Below are positions 33,179 through 41,512 of a DNA stretch of 63,489 bases, in pieces. This stretch comes from a virus. Taxonomy: Duplodnaviria; Caudoviricetes. The stretch lies in IMG/VR virus record IMGVR_UViG_3300050029_000088, positions 1 to 63,489 of that record; one strand, 5' to 3'. The first letter of the stretch is position 1. Every line of letters starts with the position of its first letter. The notes beneath the pieces are model-generated. The model was not told where the DNA came from. It did not search any database and saw only the letters and a program-made list of their open reading frames with translations. The translations under genes were made by a program, and so were the position numbers.

Positions 33179-34213
33179 ATGAACGATGACATCGCCGGGC
33201 AGACGCCCGAGGAGGACGAGCTTCTCAAGGCAGCCGAGGAGCTTGGGATCGACCTGAGCCCGAAGGACGGCAACCTCGACGGCAACGGAGACGACCTCGG
33301 GCCGACGGGGGCTGCCGGGCCAGCAGGATCATTCGGCGCACCGGGGCCGAGCGGCAACATCGGCGCACCGGGTACTCCGGGGCCGACAGGGCCGACGAGC
33401 GCAGCCGACAATCTCGGAGCGCATCTCCTCGGTCGCGTGCCGTCCACGCCGGATGCTCGTGACTTCAAGATCGAGATGCTCCTGTCGACCGACCCGGCCG
33501 ACGTGATCCTCTCCAAGCTGCTTGCGTCGAAGTCCGTGGCGCAGGCGACGAAGGACTGGGCGGCGTTCTGGACTCCTGCCCTCAAGACCATCGGGGGCAA
33601 GCCGATTCCGCCGCCGACGCCCTCGGGGAGCAAGCTGTGGGCCGACGCCGAGGTCGTGCTCGATCAGGGGCAGACCCCGCACTGCGGCGGCTTCGGGGGC
33701 TGCCAGTTCGGGAACACCGATCCGGTGGACGACAAGTACGGCAACCCGGACGGCGAGAAGCTCTACTACGAAGCGAAGGTCATCGACGGCGAGCCCAATC
33801 AGGAGAACGGCACGTCCGTTCGCTCGGTCGTGCAGGCGCTCGTCAACCGAGGCCGAGTCGGAACGTACGCCTTCTCGACCAACATCGAGACGCTCAAGAA
33901 GTTCGTTCTTACGAACGGCCCGATCATGGTCGGCTCGGATTGGCTCGACGGCATGTTCACTCCCGACGCCAACGGGTACGTTGTGCCGACCGGCAACGTC
34001 GCGGGTGGGCACTTCTACTTGCTCCGGGGATTCCTCCCCGCGATCCCGAGCCCGCAGGGCGTGCCCTTCGTCGTGAAGGAGGACACGTTCGCCTTCCTCA
34101 ACTCGTGGGGGCCGAACTGGGCCGCGAGCGGCTACTTCTACATGACCGTCAAGGACTTCGCCTCGGTCTTCGCCAACGGCGGCGAAGCGTGCGCGGCGGT
34201 CGAGCTTCCGTAG
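33179..34213 (+). CDS. papain-like (C1) cysteine peptidase with short collagen segment
   Basis: LDQGQTPHCGGF, GGHFY, FLNSWG catalytic motifs; AAGGAGG SD. Confidence 0.85.
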   Translation: MNDDIAGQTPEEDELLKAAEELGIDLSPKDGNLDGNGDDLGPTGAAGPAGSFGAPGPSGNIGAPGTPGPTGPTSAADNLGAHLLGRVPSTPDARDFKIEMLLSTDPADVILSKLLASKSVAQATKDWAAFWTPALKTIGGKPIPPPTPSGSKLWADAEVVLDQGQTPHCGGFGGCQFGNTDPVDDKYGNPDGEKLYYEAKVIDGEPNQENGTSVRSVVQALVNRGRVGTYAFSTNIETLKKFVLTNGPIMVGSDWLDGMFTPDANGYVVPTGNVAGGHFYLLRGFLPAIPSPQGVPFVVKEDTFAFLNSWGPNWAASGYFYMTVKDFASVFANGGEACAAVELP

Positions 34214-34240
34214 CCTCAACTGACAACACGCAAGGCAAAT

Positions 34241-34270
34241 GAAAGAGCCCCGCCGCAGCGGGGCTCTTTC
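34241..34270. terminator. terminator between convergent units
   Basis: GAAAGAGCCCCGC/GCGGGGCTCTTTC 13-bp stem. Confidence 0.8.
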
Positions 34271-34345
34271 TGTTGCCTCTGAGTGTTCGGTACTGTCCCT
34301 TGTTGACTCTAGGCCGGAATACCTCCTTTGTCTCGGGGTCACAAG

Positions 34346-34425
34346 TGGAGACGGGCGGACTCGAACCGCCGTCCGGCGCAGTCCCGCGTGCGGGCTTTCT
34401 GGCCGTCGATACCTGTCTCGTCCCC
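34346..34425 (-). ncRNA. ssrA: tmRNA-like RNA reduced to its tRNA-like domain
   Basis: GGGGACG/CGTCTCC-A acceptor stem with G3.U70; unpaired D-loop AGACAGGTATCGA; GAC linker; T arm GGCGG-TTCGAGT-CCGCC; own TAGACT-N6 promoter. Confidence 0.85.
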
Positions 34426-34444
34426 GTGGGTAGTCTAGCGCGGG

Positions 34445-36149
34445 CTAGCCGTCCGAGCCGCCGGGACTCCAACCCGGCGCAGACACGCACCTGCCCGCAA
34501 GCACGCGCTGCTCTGTCCGTTGACCCGGACGACCAATCCTCCCGCGCGACCGGCCCGACGAGGCGAGAGCGGCCATCGGCCGTATGCAGCCCCGCTACTG
34601 AGCGGGCGTTCGGTCACGCGGAAACTCCCGAGCGACCGGCCCGTGAGCACTGCCCTTGTGCGGGCTCGCTACTGTGGGCGCTCGGTCGCACGGAAAACGT
34701 GGGTCGCGTCGAGGGGAGGGACGGAGCCTTGAGCGGCTCCGGCAGCCGTTAGTCTGCGAAGGGGGCGCGGCGTGTACCTCAACGATCCGGGCATAGCCCA
34801 GGCAGTCGTTGGCCCAACCCTCCTAGAACACGCCAAGTTCGTCTTCTCGGCGCGACCGTGCTCAAGATGTATCCCCCGGTGGGGCGCTTGGTCGACTGCG
34901 ATCAGGCGTCTTACGTCGAGCCTACCGGGGGACGGGGCGCGGCGCTCACCCCGGCTCGCGGCGACCAACCGCAAGGAGTACCCGAGGGAGCGCCGAACTC
35001 ACCCGCCTCACGGCCACAACCTCTTACGGAGGGGCCGCGTCTACGGCGGGCGAAGAAGAACAGGAGCCCGTAACACTCAGAGAGGGATACGTGATGGCGG
35101 AACCGACTCGGTTGCGGAACGTCTGACGACGCACGCAAGCGGCCAGCACGCCCTTCGGCATGGCCCTTCATGTAGTGCGCAGGGTGGCGGCGAGCTTTCT
35201 CCGGCGTCCCGGTTCGTGACGCTCGCAGGCAGCCTGCTTGGGCTCCTGATTCGGGGACGGCGGAGGGGGCGGCATCGTTCCAACGGCTTGCCCTCTCTTA
35301 CCTCACGACTAGACCGTCCATACAGCCGGGCGTTGAGCTTTCTTCCCCGGCCTAAACTTGGTGGAAGCTCGGCTTGAAGCAGAGCACGTACTCTAAGAAG
35401 CACCGCGACCGAAGTCCGGTTTGTGAGCAGCCGAAGCCGAAGCCCCTTTGCCTGAGTTGCGTGCCCGGCAAGAACGCAGGGGATCGAACCCGCCGAGCGG
35501 ACGGTTTCTGCCCCGCCACCCTGTAGCCCGAAAGTCTCTGCTTCAAGCCGAGATTTTTCGAGACGCTCGATGAAGCGGACGGTCGCGCCGTCGCCGTCGC
35601 CTACCCTCCCCGGATCGTTGCAACTCCCCGGATACTCTCGGCTCAAGCTCGGACGTGTTACCGCTTCACTCGCCTTACCGTTCACTCTCCACGCACCTTC
35701 ATTCAGGGATCGATCGGTTGTCCGCGCGAGCTTCGCGCTCGTTCTCCGAGTCGTGGTCGTTAGCCGTCAGGGTGGTTTCGCAGAGCTACTTGCGACGGTG
35801 CCTCACGAGCGGACGGCACCGTGGCAAAAATCACGGGACATCAAGCGCACCCTGACTGGGAGCCAGAGCACGAATACCGGCGGGGCCGAGAAGCACCGTC
35901 CGCTTGCGAAGGGCGACAAGCCAAACCCGCACACGTCACGCGACGACGGCGCTCGAATGGGAAGTCTCCAATCTCCCCCACGAAGAACCAAGCCGCCGCG
36001 CGGCCCGCGCAAGCGCGAGCACCGTCGGAACGGTCGCTCTCTCCGAGAGAGAGGGAAGAACCGCCCGGAACCCGAGTGTCCGACGCCTGGCGGTGGCGGC
36101 GAGGGGAGGGGAGAGGGAGAGAGGCCCGACTCGACAACCCCTTGCTTGC
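34445..36149 (-). ncRNA. candidate giant structured RNA (~1.7 kb)
   Basis: No credible ORF; boxed GATACT promoter at 36156-36161; perfect 17-, 12- and 11-bp long-range complementarities; cUUCGg loop; tRNA-like 3' module. Confidence 0.65.
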
Positions 36150-36184
36150 ACTCTTAGTATCGACTATTTGACCCCGCTTCGCGT

Positions 36185-36198
36185 CCCCCTTTCGAGGG
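36185..36198 (-). promoter_or_regulatory. CCCTC-N4-G(A/G)GGG box of the large-RNA promoter
   Basis: CCCTCGAAAGGGGG-N23-GATACT on the minus strand. Confidence 0.6.
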
Positions 36199-36213
36199 GT
36201 TCTATGTAAAGTC

Positions 36214-36238
36214 GAAACGGCCCCTTTCAGGGCCGTTC
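36214..36238 (-). terminator. hairpin terminator after the GT2 operon
   Basis: AACGGCCC/GGGCCGTT stem. Confidence 0.55.
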
Positions 36239-36258
36239 CTGGCCTGGCGGAGACACCC

Positions 36259-36408
36259 CTACGCCTGGCGTCTTGGAGCGATCCGGCCGAGTGCGAACCC
36301 CGCGCCGATGAGCGCGAAGGCCGCGAGCACAATCCAGCCGAGCCCCAGCCCGGTGAATGGAAGCGTCCCGACGATGGCAGCCGGGCCGAGCGTGTTCGCG
36401 TGATACAT
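36259..36408 (-). CDS. 49-aa LPxTG sortase-signal peptide
   Basis: MYHANTLGPAAIVGT-LPFTG, then a hydrophobic helix and PRRQA; TGATG coupling to the GT2 gene. Confidence 0.7.
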   Translation of the reverse strand: MYHANTLGPAAIVGTLPFTGLGLGWIVLAAFALIGAGFALGRIAPRRQA

Positions 36409-37445
36409 CACCAATCCTCCCCTCGTCTAAGTAGAGCCCCGGCGTAGGCGTACGCCTGGACGACCTGCAAGAATGAATCGTACAGGAACTCGGGCACGAG
36501 AGCGGCCCCCACGAGCATCATCCTCCACCCGCGCTCGCGCACGGTCACAGCCCGCTCGACCATGAAGATGCCTGAGACTCCGATCCAGAGAGGGTGCAGG
36601 TGCATCCCGACGATGGCCCCGTACACGAGCGAGGCGAAGTAGCCGACGGTCACGAGGATGCCTGCGAGCGCGAGCGCCTGTCGTCCCCAGTACGGTGCGG
36701 TTAGCCGGTTGAGTCCGTACTGACGAAGGTTCTCGAACGCGCCGCGCTTCCATCGGAGCCGCTGCCGGGCGAGGTCGCGCCACGTCGGCATGACCTCGGT
36801 CGTCAGGACGCAGCCCTTCGGGCTCAAGACGTGGTGGCCGAGCGTGCGCAGGGCGAAGGTCATCTCGTTGTCCTCGGTCAAGACCGTCGTGTCGTAGACG
36901 AGCCCGCGAGCGCCCGGCAGCCGCGTCCCGCGCTCGTGTGCGACCTCCTGCAAGGCCGAGACGCAGAAAGCGGTCGCGGTGCCCGTGAGCACGAGGCAGC
37001 GGCCCTTGAGCCGCGCCACGTCGCGGGCGTAGCGGGCGTACTCGTTGCGCTGGCACATGCCGAGGAATCCCGCGCCGGGCTGCCCTCGGAAGTTGCCTCC
37101 GACGGCGGAGTACCCGTGGCCGAGGTAGTCGAGCGCCGTCTTCACGAAGCTCGGCGCGAGGATCGAATCGGCATCGACCACGAGCACGACATCGAATGGC
37201 TCTAGCTGCCCGAGGCCCACGTCGAGCGCCTGATTCAGTGCGCCAGCCTTCTTGTCCCGATTGCCGACCGTGCGGATGAGGCCCACGTCGCCACGAGATA
37301 GCACGATCTGTTCTGTCTCGTCCGTGCAGTTGTCCGAGACAACGAATGTCTCATCCGGCGGGCGTGCCTGAGCCGCGAGGGCGTCGAGGCACGCGCCGAT
37401 CCCGGCTTCTTCGTTGTGCGCCGGGATGAGGGCGACGACCCTCAA
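36408..37445 (-). CDS. membrane-bound processive-type glycosyltransferase family 2
   Basis: LIPAHNE, SDNCTD, KAGALN, VDAD, TED, QRLRW and C-terminal TM helices. Confidence 0.92.
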   Translation of the reverse strand: MRVVALIPAHNEEAGIGACLDALAAQARPPDETFVVSDNCTDETEQIVLSRGDVGLIRTVGNRDKKAGALNQALDVGLGQLEPFDVVLVVDADSILAPSFVKTALDYLGHGYSAVGGNFRGQPGAGFLGMCQRNEYARYARDVARLKGRCLVLTGTATAFCVSALQEVAHERGTRLPGARGLVYDTTVLTEDNEMTFALRTLGHHVLSPKGCVLTTEVMPTWRDLARQRLRWKRGAFENLRQYGLNRLTAPYWGRQALALAGILVTVGYFASLVYGAIVGMHLHPLWIGVSGIFMVERAVTVRERGWRMMLVGAALVPEFLYDSFLQVVQAYAYAGALLRRGEDW

Positions 37446-37636
37446 CCGTTGTCCACGAGAATCTGCATGAGCGCGGGCACCGCTTCGAGGGCGCACGGCT
37501 TGCAGTAGGGCAGCGCCGACTTGGGCGCAGTGCGCTCGTCGTAGTAGATGAACGTGCTCATCCTCTCCCGGCTCGGGCGCTGGGTCTTGAGTGCGCAGCG
37601 GGCCGGGTTCGTGCAACCTTCCGTAGTGCAGTTCAT
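37442..37636 (-). CDS. small Cys-rich protein
   Basis: CTTEGC...YCKPC. Confidence 0.55.
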   Translation of the reverse strand: MNCTTEGCTNPARCALKTQRPSRERMSTFIYYDERTAPKSALPYCKPCALEAVPALMQILVDNG

Positions 37637-37947
37637 GCCTTCTTCCTCCCCTTCTTGGCGACCCGCAGGTCAGGGTCGTACTTGGCTAGCTCCTCGCCCT
37701 TCTCGGGTGTGAGCATCCGCGCGTACGTTTCCGAGTGGAAGGCCGGATGGTAGAACACGTCGTATCCCGCCTCGGGCTTCGTGATGATCGCGTCGACCTC
37801 AACCTTCGAGACGACGTGCGTCACGCGGACGACGGCCTGCTCGGGCTCCTCGACCGATGGCTCGAAGTCGAGCGTGATGACGTAGCCGTCGCCGCAGGTG
37901 CGCTCATCGAAGGCCATGCTCCCCAGTGTAGTCGCCGGGGCGCTCAT
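37633..37947 (-). CDS. hypothetical protein
   Basis: ATGA-coupled ORF. Confidence 0.55.
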   Translation of the reverse strand: MSAPATTLGSMAFDERTCGDGYVITLDFEPSVEEPEQAVVRVTHVVSKVEVDAIITKPEAGYDVFYHPAFHSETYARMLTPEKGEELAKYDPDLRVAKKGRKKA

Positions 37948-38123
37948 CGTCCAGCCGCCGTGCAGTAGCCCGCCTCGATCAGTGCTTCGGCAGCGCGGCC
38001 GTAGGAGCCCTGCAAGCTCCACGCGGCCCCCGTGTCGATGAGATTCTGAAACAACTCGACGGTGCCATCCTCGTCAAGCTCGCCGTTTTCGTAGGCGATG
38101 ATCTTGTCCACGTCGATTCTCAT
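37944..38123 (-). CDS. conserved-looking small phage protein
   Basis: IIAYENGEL..LFQNLIDTGAAWSLQGSYGRAA. Confidence 0.65.
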   Translation of the reverse strand: MRIDVDKIIAYENGELDEDGTVELFQNLIDTGAAWSLQGSYGRAAEALIEAGYCTAAGR

Positions 38124-38437
38124 GCTCGACCCTCCCTCACGAGTTTGACTGCGTACTGTTCCCGCGCCCTCGCCGACGCGATCCTTGCCATCGAGGAGGC
38201 CCGCTCGCGGACGCTGGCCGGGAACGCGGCCACGGTGCCGTGCTTCGCGCAGTGGGCGTCGTAGACGTTGTGCGCGGCCCGCTCACCGGCCCGCTGGCCG
38301 GACGTGATCGCCTTGCCGCTCAACTCGCGCAGAAGCCGGTAGGCCCGAGCCGAGATTGGCGCATCCGCCGCACGAGCCTCAGCGATCAGGCGGTCGCGCT
38401 CCGCGCAGAGCCGGTCGTATGTTGGCGTCTCGCTCAT
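38120..38437 (-). CDS. hypothetical protein
   Basis: GGAGG SD; coupled. Confidence 0.55.
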   Translation of the reverse strand: MSETPTYDRLCAERDRLIAEARAADAPISARAYRLLRELSGKAITSGQRAGERAAHNVYDAHCAKHGTVAAFPASVRERASSMARIASARAREQYAVKLVREGRA

Positions 38438-38725
38438 CTAAATCCTCCCCTTCAAGGATCGGATGCCCGCCAGTTCGTGCTCTAGATCAGCGAGAGTCTC
38501 GTCGGACATCACTTCTCTGTACCGACCCTTCTCGCCCATCACTTCGACCCGGACGGCCCCTTCGTACTCGCCGCCGCAGAGATAGTGGTCGAGCTTGAGG
38601 TACTCCTCGCCTCCCAGCTTCATCGTGCCCAGCACGCCAACCCGAGCGAAGCCGTTGGGATGCGTCACGCGGACGCGGCTACCGACGTGCGGCTTCATCG
38701 CCGCGATCACTTCGTAGTAGTTCAT
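38438..38725 (-). CDS. hypothetical protein
   Basis: GGAGG SD; MNYYEVI start. Confidence 0.6.
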   Translation of the reverse strand: MNYYEVIAAMKPHVGSRVRVTHPNGFARVGVLGTMKLGGEEYLKLDHYLCGGEYEGAVRVEVMGEKGRYREVMSDETLADLEHELAGIRSLKGRI

Positions 38726-39051
38726 CGTGCCTCCCTCATCATGGCGAACATGCCTCGGACGTTCGCGTCCTTGAAGACGTGCTTGGGGAAGCACTCGCCC
38801 AGCATATCCGCGTAGACGCCGTTCACCGTGTCGCTCGTGGCGTCGTAGCCCTTGCCCATCTTGTGAGTCGTCACGTCGTAGAGGTCGAGCCCGGCGTCGT
38901 AGTGGACATCGACGTTCGTCCGACCGAAGTTGAATCGCACGGTCGCGTCGTCAACCAGGAAGACCTTGCCCTTCTTGACGAAGACCTGCTCACAGACCTG
39001 AGCAACTATCGTCTTGGTCACGTCGTTCATGGTGTCTCCTTTCGTGGTCAC
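38722..39051 (-). CDS. hypothetical protein
   Basis: Follows a boxed GATACT promoter. Confidence 0.65.
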   Translation of the reverse strand: MTTKGDTMNDVTKTIVAQVCEQVFVKKGKVFLVDDATVRFNFGRTNVDVHYDAGLDLYDVTTHKMGKGYDATSDTVNGVYADMLGECFPKHVFKDANVRGMFAMMREAR

Positions 39052-39087
39052 GTACTAAGTATCGGGCCACGGCCCGGCTACGTCCAT

Positions 39088-39101
39088 CCCTCAAAAGGGG
39101 G
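39088..39101. promoter_or_regulatory. CCCTC-N4-G(A/G)GGG box between divergent promoters
   Basis: CCCTCAAAAGGGGG; TGGACG..GATACT on -, TGGACA-N17-TAGAGT on +. Confidence 0.65.
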
Positions 39102-39562
39102 AACTGGACAGACCCGCTCGGGCACGCTAGAGTGGGCTCATGGTCGAGCGCATCTACGCCGAGTTCCTCGAAGGCTACGCCTGGCCCCACACGGGCTGCC
39201 GCCCGCCGCTGTTCGTGGGCGAGCGCATCAAGCGCGGGCTCATATGGGCGGCGTACACGCTGCGCGAAGAACTGTCTGACCTACTCCACCCGGACGGCCC
39301 CCGGTGAGGCAGCGGTGGCGAGCCCGGCAGGAGCGACGGCGCATCGAGCGCGAGTGCCGCGATCACCTGCGCCGCGTGATCGCGATGCTCGAAGCCACCT
39401 TCGCGCCCGCGAGCGACCCGCGCGGATGAGCGGCCCCTGGACGACGGATGACCTGCCGACCGTATCCGTCCATCAAGTCAAGAAGTTCAAGGTCATCCCC
39501 GGCCCGCCCCACGGCCCCGTGCCGGTGGCAGGCAAGCCGAAGCGAAAGCGGGCGAAGCGCAA

Positions 39563-39910
39563 ATGACCGATGCGTTCTTCAAGCCCGAGAGCGGGGCGAA
39601 TGACGAGGAAGTCTCCGCGCGGCTGTCCGAGTGGGATGGTACGCCGCGCGTTCTCATGGACGAGGAGAGCTACATCTACCTCGCGAGCTTCGTGCCGCAC
39701 TTCACCGGGCTCATCGCCGGGCCGCACACGTTCGGCTCGCCGCCCGAGGCGCGAGCGGCGGTCGCGTGCCGCGTGATCCTGACGCCGGATCGGCGTATGG
39801 CCGAGATGGTCTTGTGGAAGCAAGCACGGCGTCTCTGCGATGAGGCGAAGTACCCGTGGGATGAGGACGACTGGGAGATTGCGTACCTCCAACCCGTCAA
39901 CTGCTGCTAG
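39563..39910 (+). CDS. hypothetical protein
   Basis: GC3-rich ORF. Confidence 0.6.
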   Translation: MTDAFFKPESGANDEEVSARLSEWDGTPRVLMDEESYIYLASFVPHFTGLIAGPHTFGSPPEARAAVACRVILTPDRRMAEMVLWKQARRLCDEAKYPWDEDDWEIAYLQPVNCC

Positions 39911-40498
39911 GATTCCAACTACCCCCGGCGCTGGAAGTGCGCCACGGCAACATCGCCAAGCGACTCCGCGCCGGGGGCTTTCAACAAGGAGGAGAGCATG
40001 ACGATCACCCCGAAGTGCGATACCCCCGGCTGCATCAAGCCGAGCGTCCACGTCTACGTGACCGAGAAGATTCTCGGGCTCATCCGGCGGGCGAAGCGGC
40101 TCTGCGCCGGGTGCGACACGGCGATGCACGACCGGATCAACAAGCGCCGGTCTTGACAATCGCCCGGCGCAACTGTATCGTGAGTCGGATGCACGCCGAC
40201 GACGATCAAGACTTCCTCATCGAGCAGGAGGAGCGCGAGGAGGAGGCCCGCCTAGTGGTAGCGGACATCGCCCGTGTCCAGCGGGCCGACGCCGCCTTCA
40301 ATCTCCTGCGGCGCGACCGGGACAACCACGATCCCTACCTCCTACTCGCGGCAGTCGTGTGGCCGGAGACGACCGAGCTTCGGGGGATGGTGTAAGTCGT
40401 GGGCTCGAACGCGCCGAACGTGTGCGCCGAGTGCGAGGCGCAGGTCGCGCAGGCCGAGGCGAACGAGTTGCTCTGCCCCGCCAAGCCCGCACGCTAAT

Positions 40499-40512
40499 CC
40501 CTCCTTCGAGGG
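40499..40512 (+). promoter_or_regulatory. CCCTC-N4-GAGGG box
   Basis: CCCTCCTTCGAGGG-N24-GATACT-N6-GTG. Confidence 0.7.
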
Positions 40513-40548
40513 ATGGCGTGCGGGCCGTCCATAGGCGATACTCAGTAC

Positions 40549-40764
40549 GTGACCTTCACCGCCAAGACCATCACGACCACTGTGCTGCCGACCTTCCACG
40601 GTCACGGCGCGGGGATCGAGTACGAAGTCCATCTCTACGTCGGGCTTGAGCGGCGGCTGTTCGTGACTCGGAGGACGCACGTCGAGGCAACCTACACGGA
40701 GACGCACTATCGCAAGCTGTATCACCGGCTGGGCGAGGGCGTCGACCGGGAGGAGGAGCGATGA
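40549..40764 (+). CDS. hypothetical protein
   Basis: Leaderless GTG start. Confidence 0.6.
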   Translation: MTFTAKTITTTVLPTFHGHGAGIEYEVHLYVGLERRLFVTRRTHVEATYTETHYRKLYHRLGEGVDREEER

Positions 40765-41237
40765 GAGCGAAAGACGTACAGGTCGGCGCGGTCTACACCG
40801 CGAAAGTGTCCGGCGTGCTGACGACCGTGCGGATCAAGAACGAGCGGTACGGTGGCTCGGGCTGGGTCGGCGTCAACGAGAAGACGGGGCGCGAGGTTCG
40901 GATCAGGACGGCGGCGCGGCTCCGGTCGCTCGTGCTGTCCGCCAAGCACTCGGGTTTCCGCATGATCGACACGGACTACGAGGAGGCCCGCGAGCGCGAG
41001 TTCGCTTCGAGCCTCATGGTCGCTCCGGGCGTGCCGAGCTTCATCGACGGCGAGACGGCGCAGGAGCGCGAGGATCGACTCATCGCCGCCGCTCCGTCGA
41101 GGCCGCTCGTCGCCAAGTGGTGCGACTGCGGAAGCGACACGGGATTCCGCTGCTACCCCGGCGATGGTGAGTGCGAGTGCGGGATGCACAAGCATCACGT
41201 CCACGGCACTTGCGGCCACGTCACGCAGGTCGGATGA
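40761..41237 (+). CDS. hypothetical protein with C-terminal Cys/His cluster
   Basis: VGAVYTAKVSG..N.KTGREVRIRTAARLR; WCDC..CECGMHKHH. Confidence 0.65.
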   Translation: MRAKDVQVGAVYTAKVSGVLTTVRIKNERYGGSGWVGVNEKTGREVRIRTAARLRSLVLSAKHSGFRMIDTDYEEAREREFASSLMVAPGVPSFIDGETAQEREDRLIAAAPSRPLVAKWCDCGSDTGFRCYPGDGECECGMHKHHVHGTCGHVTQVG

Positions 41238-41512
41238 CGGTCAAGGAAACACACGCGGCCTACCGCGAGGCCCGCGCCGAGTTCGAGCGGCTCTCCGCGC
41301 TCGCGGAAGCCGCCTTCGTTCGGTGGTTCGTCAAGTGCCGCGAGGGCGAGCCCACGAACGGCGCGGCTGCCGCCCGGCTCGGGAACCTCGCCAACTACGC
41401 GAGCGCCGACCTGGCCGGAGCCGAGCTTGCCGTCTACCGGGCCTACGACGATGCTGGATTCTTCGAGCAGCCTGACTTCGATGCCATCTACGCGAGAGGG
41501 GACGGAGGATGA
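41234..41512 (+). CDS. hypothetical protein
   Basis: ATGA coupling. Confidence 0.55.
   Translation: MTVKETHAAYREARAEFERLSALAEAAFVRWFVKCREGEPTNGAAAARLGNLANYASADLAGAELAVYRAYDDAGFFEQPDFDAIYARGDGG

Noticed and set aside
34445-36149. Group I/II intron, rRNA or RNase P identity for the large RNA
   Set aside because: No interrupted flanking gene, and no group II domain V, group I P7, RNase P GAGGAAAGUCC or universal rRNA motifs recognisable by eye.
34273-36332. Overlapping ORFs of 100-200 aa across the large-RNA region
   Set aside because: Arg/Pro/Ser-rich, no GC3 bias, no SD or leaderless start and no motifs; typical chance ORFs in high-GC DNA.
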